Part shown: one piece after another, positions 1 to 7,390 of the stretch
How positions within the stretch are numbered: position 1 is the first letter of the stretch
Layout: every line of letters begins with the position of its first letter
DNA from: a virus
Taxonomy: Duplodnaviria; Caudoviricetes
Virus record (IMG/VR): IMGVR_UViG_3300038829_000106
Coordinates: 1-33,690 of that record
Strand: one strand, 5' to 3'
Length of the DNA stretch: 33,690 bases
The notes under the pieces: generated by a model
Told to the model about the DNA's origin: nothing
Seen by the model: the letters and a program-made list of their open reading frames with translations, nothing else
Database searches by the model: none
Position numbers and translations under genes: made by a program

Positions 1-1
1 T

Positions 2-274
2 TCCGCCACCCTCGCGAATGTCACGCTGGCAGGCAACGGCTCTCTCTCCGTCACGCTCGCCAATGCCACGCTAGCGGGCAACGGCTCGCTCTCCGTCACC
101 CTCGCCAATGCCACGCTATCGGCGACACCGCGTGCGCCCGTGGCGGTCGTCCATCACGCGTCAACTGTGGCGATGTTCGCGGCGCAGACGGGGGTGCCTG
201 TAGTGCCCTCGCCTCAGCACGCGTCACGCGTGAGTCTGTTACCGGCTGCCACGTCCCAAATATCGCACCTGTAG
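2..274 (+). CDS. 3' end of a probable tail/fibre protein with 15-aa repeats (partial, runs off the window start)
   Basis: Frame 2 is open from base 2 to TAG at 272-274: SATLANVTLAGNGSLSVTLANATLAGNGSLSVTLANATLS...; it lies directly upstream of the lysis genes. Confidence 0.7.
   Translation, partial: SATLANVTLAGNGSLSVTLANATLAGNGSLSVTLANATLSATPRAPVAVVHHASTVAMFAAQTGVPVVPSPQHASRVSLLPAATSQISHL
8..121 (+). repeat. 45-nt coding tandem repeat, about 2.5 copies (TLANxTLAGNGSLSV)
   Basis: Units at 8-52, 53-97 and 98-121; differences are mostly synonymous. Confidence 0.85.
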
Positions 275-289
275 CAAGGAACCGACGCC

Positions 290-778
290 ATGAGCACTGA
301 AGAGAAGCCGACGATTCAACTTCCTGCGGTCCCAGATTGGGCAATCGAGTTAGCGAAATCCGTCAAGTCCGGGTTCAAAGAGACCAACGCAAACATCGAG
401 CTCGTCGCAACCGACCTCACGATCGTCAAAGAACGCGTTGCTGTCCTAGAAAAAAGCCACGCCGCACTCGACGAGCGCATCGGGCGCACGAGCAATCGCG
501 CGCGGCAGGCCTCCGAGAGCGACCTCGAGCACGAGGCGGCGCTGGCCACCGAGGTCGCTCGCCGGCAGGAGCTAGAGCGGAAACTGGAGGCCACGCACGC
601 GACGGTCATTGCGATCGAAACCAAGACCGATATTCAGACGGAAATGATGCGCGCCGCGTTCGCTTCCGTCGCCGCATTCGCCAACACGCCGAGAGTCAAG
701 ATCGCTGGCGGCATCATATTCGGCATTCTCTGCGGCTGGGCCGCACGCTACGGCATTCACATCCCGCTAACCCCATAA
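290..778 (+). CDS. Coiled-coil protein with a C-terminal transmembrane helix (holin/lysis-associated candidate)
   Basis: AAGGA RBS; long heptad region, then IAGGIIFGILCGWAA; first gene of the cluster that ends in the endolysin. Confidence 0.6.
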   Translation: MSTEEKPTIQLPAVPDWAIELAKSVKSGFKETNANIELVATDLTIVKERVAVLEKSHAALDERIGRTSNRARQASESDLEHEAALATEVARRQELERKLEATHATVIAIETKTDIQTEMMRAAFASVAAFANTPRVKIAGGIIFGILCGWAARYGIHIPLTP

Positions 779-786
779 GGCACACC

Positions 787-1050
787 ATGTTCATCACGTC
801 GAGATCTGCTGAAACCATCGTCGTCATCGCGCTCAGCGCTACATTCATGGCCGCCCTCGCCCACTGCCAGCAAGGCTGCCTACCGGCGGGCACGGCCAAG
901 CCGGCCGCGTACGAAGCCGAACTTGTGATGTGCAGCGAGAAAGCGCGCTCACTCTGCGAGAGTGTCACCTGCGAGAACGAGGTACGCACCCGCTACGTCC
1001 GCCCCATGCGCCCGATGCCTGCAACCTGTCTCGATGGAGGTGTGAAATGA
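787..1050 (+). CDS. Small Cys-rich secreted protein or lipoprotein (spanin-like candidate)
   Basis: TAAGG RBS, ATG at 787; hydrophobic N-terminus IVVIALSATFMAALAHC; 6 Cys; stop overlaps the next ATG (ATGA). Confidence 0.6.
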   Translation: MFITSRSAETIVVIALSATFMAALAHCQQGCLPAGTAKPAAYEAELVMCSEKARSLCESVTCENEVRTRYVRPMRPMPATCLDGGVK

Positions 1051-1262
1051 GCTCACCCAACCCGCTCGACGTCATCAGCGCGTTGCCAGATAGCGTCCTC
1101 GGCGCCATGCCCCCCGCCGTCCTCTCGGCGAGCCTCGCCCTGATGCGACTCGCCTGGGACGCATCGCAGGCCAACGGCGACAGGCAACGAGTTGAGGACG
1201 CCCTGATGACCGCCTCAGAGGGCCTGAAGGCCGCCCTCGACGCGCACCGGTTCGGCGCATGA
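1047..1262 (+). CDS. Small hypothetical protein in the lysis cassette (MSSPNPLDV...)
   Basis: GGAGG RBS; ATGA overlaps with both neighbours. Confidence 0.65.
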   Translation: MSSPNPLDVISALPDSVLGAMPPAVLSASLALMRLAWDASQANGDRQRVEDALMTASEGLKAALDAHRFGA

Positions 1263-2044
1263 CTACCGAGCGCCCAGCGCTAAACCAAGCCGGGCGCATC
1301 GACGGCATCGACGTGTCTGCCATCCAAGGCCGCGTGGATTGGGAGCGCGTCGCGTCAGCCGGCTTTCGCTGGGCGGCGGCGAAGGCCAGCGAGGGCGTCA
1401 GCTACTGCGATCCGCGCGTCGAGGCGAACATCGCAGGCGCCAGCGCGGCGGGCCTACGCACACTTGTGTACGCGTTCGCGAGGCCGTCGCAGGGCAACCC
1501 GCGGGAGCAGGCCAAACGCCTCGCAGAGTGCACGCACGGCGCCGCGATGCGCACCGTGCTCGACCTGGAATCCTCGCCGGCCGACTGGACCCCGCAGCGC
1601 ATCGTCGACTTCGGCGACGCGTTCGCGGACGGCCTGCAGGCGGAGAGTGGCCTACTGCCCGTGGTGTACAGCTACGTCGCGTTCCTACTGCCGCTCGGAC
1701 GTGCGCTCATGAACTCGCGACTCGCCCGGTGCCCGGTGTGGCTCGCGCAGTACCGCTCGACGTCGGCGCCATGGGCCCCCGTCGCTGTTCAGCAGCCCGT
1801 GGTGCCGATGCCGTGGGGGAACTGGACGATGTGGCAGTACAGCGGGAATGGCGGCTACCGTGTGCCCGGCGTTGCGGTGGATTGCGATCGCAATTTGTTT
1901 CGCGGCGACGAGGACGCGTTCCGGGCGTTTTTCGTCGGCGACGTGCCGACGCTGCCGGAGCTACCCGCGGCCGACAGTGAGCCCCCCGTCGTCATCGAGG
2001 GCGGCACGGTGCACGTCGGGAGTTACGGCGACGGCAACGAGTGA
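1259..2044 (+). CDS. Endolysin, GH25 muramidase
   Basis: GIDVSxxQGxVDW, KASEG, LDLE, WLAQY, MWQYS and DCDRN motifs typical of GH25. Confidence 0.92.
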   Translation: MTTERPALNQAGRIDGIDVSAIQGRVDWERVASAGFRWAAAKASEGVSYCDPRVEANIAGASAAGLRTLVYAFARPSQGNPREQAKRLAECTHGAAMRTVLDLESSPADWTPQRIVDFGDAFADGLQAESGLLPVVYSYVAFLLPLGRALMNSRLARCPVWLAQYRSTSAPWAPVAVQQPVVPMPWGNWTMWQYSGNGGYRVPGVAVDCDRNLFRGDEDAFRAFFVGDVPTLPELPAADSEPPVVIEGGTVHVGSYGDGNE

Positions 2045-2214
2045 GCGGCGAGCACGAGCGCCTCGACCGTCGCACTGCGGCTCTCGCCACGTGCCTCCGC
2101 CAGTTCGTCGAGTCGAGCGCGTGCGGCATCCGACAGTGTGAGGGCGACCGGCTTGCGCCGCCGAGCGTCGCGCGGCGTGCTGTACCAGTCGGACCGTCGC
2201 GGGTTGCCGCTCAC
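2023..2214 (-). CDS. Ribbon-helix-helix (CopG/Arc-like) DNA-binding protein
   Basis: KPVALTLSDAARARLDELAEARGESRSATVEALV fits the RHH pattern; GTGA coupling to the upstream gene. Confidence 0.8.
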   Translation of the reverse strand: MSGNPRRSDWYSTPRDARRRKPVALTLSDAARARLDELAEARGESRSATVEALVLAAHSLPSP

Positions 2215-2435
2215 CCGTCGAGATCCATCGCCGCCAGCGCGGCCTTCGCTGCTCCCAATGTGGGATACACGGTCACGGCGCCAGACACGCAGGCGTCAGG
2301 CGAACGCCCGAACGTCGCCCTCGCCCCCGTCGTCTCGCGAGCCTCGCGAGACATTGGGGCTTCGAACTGCCCCGCTGTCCGCTCGCGTGCCAGGATGTAC
2401 CCGCCACCAACCTCATACACGGCGAGCGCGCTCAT
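2211..2435 (-). CDS. Hypothetical 74-aa protein (MSALAVYEVGGG...)
   Basis: Start moved to ATG 2435 because the longer ORF runs through a promoter; stop overlaps the RHH start. Confidence 0.6.
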   Translation of the reverse strand: MSALAVYEVGGGYILARERTAGQFEAPMSREARETTGARATFGRSPDACVSGAVTVYPTLGAAKAALAAMDLDG

Positions 2436-2476
2436 GATGCCACCGCCACGAAAACCGTTTTGCTGTCGTTGTTCAT
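2432..2476 (-). CDS. 14-aa leaderless mini-ORF MNNDSKTVFVAVAS
   Basis: ATG is 6 nt after a -10 box; its TGA overlaps the next ATG (ATGA). Confidence 0.45.
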   Translation of the reverse strand: MNNDSKTVFVAVAS

Positions 2477-2482
2477 AGAGAG

Positions 2483-2510
2483 AGCCTAGCACTGTCACGA
2501 CAGTGCGCAA
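2483..2510 (-). promoter_or_regulatory. Sigma70-like promoter with a palindromic operator in the spacer
   Basis: TTGCGC-16 nt-TAGGCT on the minus strand; perfect inverted repeat GCACTGTC-AC-GACAGTGC at 2489-2506. Confidence 0.65.
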
Positions 2511-2594
2511 GGGGCTCATGTCGATTTCTCGAAACGCCCCCGAATCGCCTCCGCCATGCCGAGGAGAGTTTGAGGGCTACCGTCTTCTTCTTTC

Positions 2595-3119
2595 TCACCT
2601 AACCCCCGCCTTTCGCAACGCCGCGTCTAGTTGGCAGTCGCCTGCGTGACCGTCTGACCTATCCCCCACGCACATGGGGCACACGGGGCCATCCCACGAG
2701 CCGCAGTAGACTCCCCACTCCACCGCAAGCAACGCCCGCACGAGGTCCGGCGCGGCTGCGGCGAGGATGGCGCGCGCACCGATGCGCTCCTCAGATCCGT
2801 ATGGGTGCCACGTCTGCGTGATGTGACAGTCGTCCGACTTCTCTGCGCACAGCAGATCGCCGTCATCGGCTCGCCACTCCTCGTCCCACGGATGCCGGGC
2901 GTCGCGGTTGTCAGGCAGCAGGGGCACCGCGGGTCCGGTCGCGCGAACAACGGTCACGCCCGAATTCGAAGCGCGCGCGGTCTTGGCTGCCTCTTCGGCT
3001 GCGGCCAGCGATACAAAATGCGCCGCGCGGTCCTCTGTGCGTACCCATTCGTATGCGCCTAGATAGCGGTTTGTCGTGCCCCGCACGACAAACCACCGAG
3101 CGTCATCGCAATCGCTCAC
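2595..3119 (-). CDS. Hypothetical phage protein with an AAAPDL motif and a C-terminal CPxC-H-C putative Zn site
   Basis: GTG at 3119 after GGAGG, overlapping the upstream stop; ILAAAAPDLVRAL and CPMC...GHAGDC. Confidence 0.65.
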   Translation of the reverse strand: MSDCDDARWFVVRGTTNRYLGAYEWVRTEDRAAHFVSLAAAEEAAKTARASNSGVTVVRATGPAVPLLPDNRDARHPWDEEWRADDGDLLCAEKSDDCHITQTWHPYGSEERIGARAILAAAAPDLVRALLAVEWGVYCGSWDGPVCPMCVGDRSDGHAGDCQLDAALRKAGVR

Positions 3120-3445
3120 AACAGCCTCCATCCGAGTTTGACCGCCTCGGCATCCGCGAGCGCCGTCCCCGTCGAGCGCCGCACCATGTCGGAGTAATCG
3201 GCAAGCGCGCGCATGTGAGCGTCTGCCGAATCGAGCATCTCCTCCATCTCCCGCAGGCGCTCGCGCATCGAACGGAGTCGGCGTCGAATGTCGGCCGCTT
3301 CGTACGTTGCCGTCACGATGCCGCCCAACACATGCGCGGCCTCGTTCGCATCTCGCCACGAGTCGCCGGAGATGTGCGCCGTGATGCTGCCAGCTCGAAG
3401 CGTCACGCTGTCGTCCTCGTGGGACTCGATCGTGATGTCGTTCAT
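3116..3445 (-). CDS. Hypothetical coiled-coil protein (MNDITIESHE...)
   Basis: AAGGGG RBS before ATG 3445; coupled to the next gene. Confidence 0.6.
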   Translation of the reverse strand: MNDITIESHEDDSVTLRAGSITAHISGDSWRDANEAAHVLGGIVTATYEAADIRRRLRSMRERLREMEEMLDSADAHMRALADYSDMVRRSTGTALADAEAVKLGWRLL

Positions 3446-3466
3446 GTTGCCCCTTAGCCTCATGGT

Positions 3467-3724
3467 TCACCCGGACCCGGACCCGTACCCGTACCCGTAC
3501 CCGTCCCCGTCCCCGTACCCGTACCCGTACCCGGACCCGGACCCGTACCCGGACCCGTACCCGTACCCGTACCCGTACCCGTACCCGTCCCCGTCCCCGT
3601 CCCCGTACCCGGACCCGTACCCGGACCCGTCCCCGTACCCGGACCCGTACCCGTCCCCGTCCCCGTACCCGTACCCGTACCCGGACCCGGACCCGTACCC
3701 GGACCCGTCGATCACGGCGCCCAT
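3467..3724 (-). CDS. Gly-X (X = Tyr/Ser/Asp) repeat peptide
   Basis: MGAVID followed by 39 GX dipeptides and a final G; start overlaps the 3' end of the upstream gene. Confidence 0.6.
   Translation of the reverse strand: MGAVIDGSGYGSGSGYGYGYGDGDGYGSGYGDGSGYGSGYGDGDGDGYGYGYGYGYGSGYGSGSGYGYGYGDGDGYGYGYGSGSG
3470..3706 (-). repeat. Hexamer minisatellite GGG-(TAC/TCC/GAC) x39
   Basis: Only three hexamer types occur; one 60-nt block (GS GY GS GS GY GY GY GD GD GY) appears twice. Confidence 0.95.
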
Positions 3725-4011
3725 TTCGCAGCCTCGAACGTGGCCACCGCTGCCGCAGTGCACGGCAAGATCTCGATAACGCCCAGGACCACGTGCCCGT
3801 CAACCGGCGTTGCGACTCTCGATTTGCTTGAATCGAGGCCCGTGGTTGCCAGCTCGCTGCACGTGTTCGCTCCGTACCAGCGCCAGATACGCCGGCTCGA
3901 ATCAAGCACAGCCTCGCTGCCATCGCGAGAGCGAACCTTCGCAAAATGCACGCCCGCGTTTTGCGTGCGGATGATGAAATACTGCTCTGCCGTCTTCTTC
4001 TTCGTTGCCAT
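3712..4011 (-). CDS. Conserved phage protein, DUF6948-like
   Basis: IIRTxxAGVHF...RRIWRWYGA..SELA..G...IEILPC matches my recollection of this family, which commonly sits beside Gly-rich repeat genes; AAGGGAG RBS. Confidence 0.7.
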   Translation of the reverse strand: MATKKKTAEQYFIIRTQNAGVHFAKVRSRDGSEAVLDSSRRIWRWYGANTCSELATTGLDSSKSRVATPVDGHVVLGVIEILPCTAAAVATFEAAKWAP

Positions 4012-4025
4012 ATCGATTCTCCCTT

Positions 4026-5060
4026 TCAAGCCGCCCGACGCTTCGCGCCAGGCTTGGTTACTCGCAGCCCGCTCGACTCCGTCGCGTCGTACGTCAGGCC
4101 CTCAATCTGCTCCGCCGTTGCGCCTAGCTGGCGCAGTAGCGAGAGTGCGCTCTCCTTCGAAAACCTCGGCATGGTTCGCGTACCCTCGCGCAGCACGCTG
4201 CCATCGTCCAGTTGCCAGCCTTCGGGCGGACATGACGCCTTGACGGCGTCCTTCACGGCCTTTGCTGCGGCCTCGACGAGCTTCGCATGCTCGAGCAACC
4301 ACACCGCGTGCTCGGGCGAGCGGATCTCAATCTCCCACCGGTGCCGCACAAGGCTCGCCGCGGGGATGATGCTGTCGACGATGATGCCGCGTCCCGCTGG
4401 GCACGTCGCTCGTGCGGGGCAGTACAGCTCGCCGCAATGCGCCCCAGGCTTCGGCGCCGCATCGGGCACCGACGCCAGCGCCTCCGCGAGCTCGCCCGCG
4501 TGAGCGTCCAGCGCGAACGCGTCCAGCGTCTCGCGGCACACGTGGCGCACGCCTTCCGCGCTCACCTCGAGGGCTTCCACGGTCACGCTCTCGAGGCCTT
4601 CGACGCGAGACAGCATCAGGGCCAGCGTGCGAAGCTGCGCCTGCGACTTGCTCCCGTCGCCGCTCTTCCAGTCGCCCACATACCCCGTGCGAGTCATGCG
4701 GCTCACGGCAACAAGGTCGGCGGTGCCCCATAGCCGGCCGTCCTGCGGGTAGTCGCGCTCGCCCTTCAGCTCGACGCGCTCCGCCGTGTCGCTCGCGACG
4801 TCGTAAGCGAAGGCCACCTCAGGCGCGAGCGCCTCGCGGCCGAAGGAGTCGACCCACGCTTGCGCCACCTCGCAGAGCGGCATGATGTCCTCGGCAACCG
4901 CGTGGGTCCAAGTGCCGGTCCCCACGTAGCTTGCGATCGCACGGTGGAAGCGCGTGCCACGGTCCGCCGCTGCCGACGTGGTTGCGATCCACTCGGCGTC
5001 GTCGCGAGCGACGTACTGGCACTCGAAGAGCAGGCCTACTTTGCTGGCGGTGATTCTCAT
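4026..5060 (-). CDS. PD-(D/E)XK exonuclease, Cas4/AddB-like with a probable Fe-S staple
   Basis: GTRFH, GTADLV, GDWKSG, QL; one N-terminal Cys plus HCGELYCPARATCP; adjacent to Bet. Confidence 0.82.
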   Translation of the reverse strand: MRITASKVGLLFECQYVARDDAEWIATTSAAADRGTRFHRAIASYVGTGTWTHAVAEDIMPLCEVAQAWVDSFGREALAPEVAFAYDVASDTAERVELKGERDYPQDGRLWGTADLVAVSRMTRTGYVGDWKSGDGSKSQAQLRTLALMLSRVEGLESVTVEALEVSAEGVRHVCRETLDAFALDAHAGELAEALASVPDAAPKPGAHCGELYCPARATCPAGRGIIVDSIIPAASLVRHRWEIEIRSPEHAVWLLEHAKLVEAAAKAVKDAVKASCPPEGWQLDDGSVLREGTRTMPRFSKESALSLLRQLGATAEQIEGLTYDATESSGLRVTKPGAKRRAA

Positions 5061-5989
5061 TCGTCCCCCGAAGACGCCAGGGCCTCGGCTTCAGCCTCGT
5101 CCGCGGCGTACCCGCTCGGGTCGACGTCGACCATCCTTGGCTCGCTTGCCGGCGGTTTCGGCGCTCCGATCTCAAGACGGCGCTCGGCTCCGAGTTTCTT
5201 GACGGCCGCGAGCTCTCCGTCGCTCAGCACATCGGCCCGCACGAGCCGCGCGGCGTCCTTTGCGCACGCATTCAACTGCGCCACCGTCGACGCGCTCGCG
5301 ATGCGGGTCTTGAGCTCCTCAAAGTCGCCGACCACCGATGGGCGCGCAGGCAACGCGGGCGCGCTCTGCACGACGGCGAAGGCGCGAGGCGGCACAACGT
5401 TGTCGGCCTGCCCCATCTCCTCGGGGGTGTAGAGTTTGGCGAGCACCGCGGGGAACGCCTTCCGTAGCGCTAGAGACTCGGCGCACTTCGCAAGCTGGTT
5501 GTGCGGCATCTGCGTCCAGAACCGCGTGGGGTTGCCGTCGCGGGTCGTCTGCACGTACTCGGACCACCGAGCTACGCCGACCATGGGGCGCGGCCAGTCC
5601 TTGCGCCACACGCGGACGCGCGCGAGCATGAGGTCGCCGTTCGTGGCGTACTCGTATTCGGGCTCATCCTGGCCGGCGTAGTTTCCTGTCTGCTCGGCCT
5701 TGATTCGCAGCGAGTCGATCGCAACCTGAACGGCCCACTTCTGACGCTTCGTTTGCGAGTCGTACCGCTGGACGAAATAACACTCGCCGAGCACGGGGTT
5801 TAGGCCACGCTCCTCGGCGATTGCGATCAGGGCAACGGCTTCCGCCTGGCTCGCGCCACCGCAACACGTCTCGAGGATGACGCGCTTTTGCTCGTCGCTG
5901 AACTTGACCGATGTGTCAGCTCGCTGCGACGTCATCATGGCGCCCGCAATTCCGTGCGCGTGACCGTTGCCGTTTGCTACTGCGCTCAT
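5057..5989 (-). CDS. bet: Phage recombination protein Bet (Red-beta/RecT family annealase)
   Basis: GLNP...YFV, QVAIDSLR..AE.TG.YAG, W..MP..QLAKCAE..ALRKAFP, LYTPEEM. Confidence 0.92.
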   Translation of the reverse strand: MSAVANGNGHAHGIAGAMMTSQRADTSVKFSDEQKRVILETCCGGASQAEAVALIAIAEERGLNPVLGECYFVQRYDSQTKRQKWAVQVAIDSLRIKAEQTGNYAGQDEPEYEYATNGDLMLARVRVWRKDWPRPMVGVARWSEYVQTTRDGNPTRFWTQMPHNQLAKCAESLALRKAFPAVLAKLYTPEEMGQADNVVPPRAFAVVQSAPALPARPSVVGDFEELKTRIASASTVAQLNACAKDAARLVRADVLSDGELAAVKKLGAERRLEIGAPKPPASEPRMVDVDPSGYAADEAEAEALASSGDE

Positions 5990-6249
5990 GATGCTCCCAT
6001 CTCCCTGTCTGTCATCACCGGAATCAACTCGTCAACGCTGACGTCGTAGGCGTCAGCAATCCAAACGAGATAGTGAAGCGGACATTTGCTTGTACCATCT
6101 TCGATATTCTGGAGGTGGCTTTGGCTGCACTTTGTTGCGCGCGCGAACTGCTCTTTCGTGAGCTTGCGATCCATTCTGAACTGCCGAATGCGTCCGCCTA
6201 CCGCGCGATACAGGAAAACTGCCGCCTCCTTCGTCACGATCTGTTTCAT
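5986..6249 (-). CDS. XRE-family HTH regulator
   Basis: GGRIRQFR..RKLTKEQFA...SQSHLQNIEDG...IADAYDVSVDEL. Confidence 0.88.
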   Translation of the reverse strand: MKQIVTKEAAVFLYRAVGGRIRQFRMDRKLTKEQFARATKCSQSHLQNIEDGTSKCPLHYLVWIADAYDVSVDELIPVMTDREMGAS

Positions 6250-6473
6250 GATGCCCTCGCCTTCGCGACACGCATCCGGATACCCGACGCTGGCGGGGGC
6301 CCCGCAGCCCTATGTTTGTAGCCGTAAAGCGTGCCAGTCGAATCCTCGACGCGGTCCGCTTCGGGTAGCACGCGGAGGAGCATCTGCGCGTCCTCGAGGT
6401 TCTCGGCGCGAGCTACGACGCGGCCGCTTTTTGAAAGAACGTGAAATCGAAACGTATCGGCTACTGTCGTCAT
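6246..6473 (-). CDS. Hypothetical protein
   Basis: ATGA overlaps at both ends; GAGGGAG RBS. Confidence 0.6.
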   Translation of the reverse strand: MTTVADTFRFHVLSKSGRVVARAENLEDAQMLLRVLPEADRVEDSTGTLYGYKHRAAGPPPASGIRMRVAKARAS

Positions 6474-6724
6474 TGGTCTCCCTCTCTCTCGGTGTCAGCT
6501 TCAGCCTCAAATCCAGACACAAGTGCGATTAGCTCGCGTATCTCGCGCAGCTCGGCGGCTACCCCTTTCGCGAGGTGAGCCTTGGCGTCACGTTCCACTT
6601 CGGCGATCTCTCTGTTGGCGGCAGGGAGCGCCGGGGGCACCTCCGCGCTGACGATCCGATTCATTCGGTGGATGAGTGCAGCAATGCGAGCCTCGACGAA
6701 CGGGTGCGCCTCAGGCCTCATCAC
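6470..6724 (-). CDS. Hypothetical helical protein
   Basis: AGGAGG RBS; tightly packed in the leftward operon. Confidence 0.6.
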   Translation of the reverse strand: MMRPEAHPFVEARIAALIHRMNRIVSAEVPPALPAANREIAEVERDAKAHLAKGVAAELREIRELIALVSGFEAEADTEREGDQ

Positions 6725-6986
6725 TCACCTCCTGCGGCACGCCGCGGTCGTCGTACTTGTCTCGCAGCTCCTCACGCCGCTCATCCTCCGCGGTCCACGG
6801 CGGGAGCTCGTCGGCGTCGTCGGCGTCGTCGGTCGCGTGCACCGCGTCGTAGCGGCGAGCCCACGCAATGGCCTGCTCTGCCGCGTCGCAGGCGTAGAGA
6901 ACCATGGCGGCGCGTATCTCGTCCGCAGGCTCGCCACGTTGAGCCATGCCCATCGCGAGGTTCACAAGGCTCGCAGGCGCGCTCAT
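6711..6986 (-). CDS. Hypothetical acidic protein (MSAPASLV...)
   Basis: ATG 6986 overlaps the upstream stop (ATGA). Confidence 0.55.
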   Translation of the reverse strand: MSAPASLVNLAMGMAQRGEPADEIRAAMVLYACDAAEQAIAWARRYDAVHATDDADDADELPPWTAEDERREELRDKYDDRGVPQEVSDEA

Positions 6987-7237
6987 GCGAGCACCCACGC
7001 CGCTTCATCAGGGTGCGCCGTTGCGCACGGGCGTCGCTGGCCATCGTAGACAATGGCCTCGGGCGATCGGGGGGCGGCGCACATCGCAACAAGCCGCGAC
7101 GCGAACGCCACGGGCTCCTCGCCATCCGCGTCGATGCGGTAGAAAAGCGGATCCTCCACGATCGCCAACGGGGCGACGGGCGTGGTGTCAGGGAAGAGCC
7201 AATCGCTGTCAGAGTCGTTTGCCGCGGCGTCAACCAT
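6983..7237 (-). CDS. First gene of the leftward early operon, hypothetical, probably leaderless
   Basis: ATG 7237 lies 7 nt after -10 TACTAT; the ATG at 7246 falls inside the -10 box. Confidence 0.55.
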   Translation of the reverse strand: MVDAAANDSDSDWLFPDTTPVAPLAIVEDPLFYRIDADGEEPVAFASRLVAMCAAPRSPEAIVYDGQRRPCATAHPDEAAWVLA

Positions 7238-7244
7238 GAACGCC

Positions 7245-7272
7245 ATAGTAGTCGTTCACGCGTACGCGTCAA
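7245..7272 (-). promoter_or_regulatory. PL-like promoter with a palindromic operator
   Basis: TTGACG-16 nt-TACTAT; perfect palindrome ACGCGTACGCGT at 7258-7269; further (C/G)GTACG cores at about 7283 and 7298. Confidence 0.75.
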
Positions 7273-7390
7273 GGGGTACTGGCGTACGACGCTGCGTGGT
7301 ACGGCGTAACGTCCTGTTTCACCAAAGAAAAACGCCCGAAAGATTTCTCTCTCGGGCGCTCAACGGGTGCAGAAGCGAGGCGTCAGGGCG

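Noticed and set aside
3470-3706. Repeat array near a Cas4-like gene as a CRISPR array
   Set aside because: It is a tandem hexamer with no repeat-spacer structure, there is no cas1 or cas2, and the nuclease is paired with Bet.
2595-3944. 449-aa ORF with poly-RV, and the plus-strand poly-PY/PD ORF (3288-3779)
   Set aside because: These are stop-free alternative frames of the hexamer repeat. They overlap better-supported genes, and only 2595-3119 looks like a real protein.
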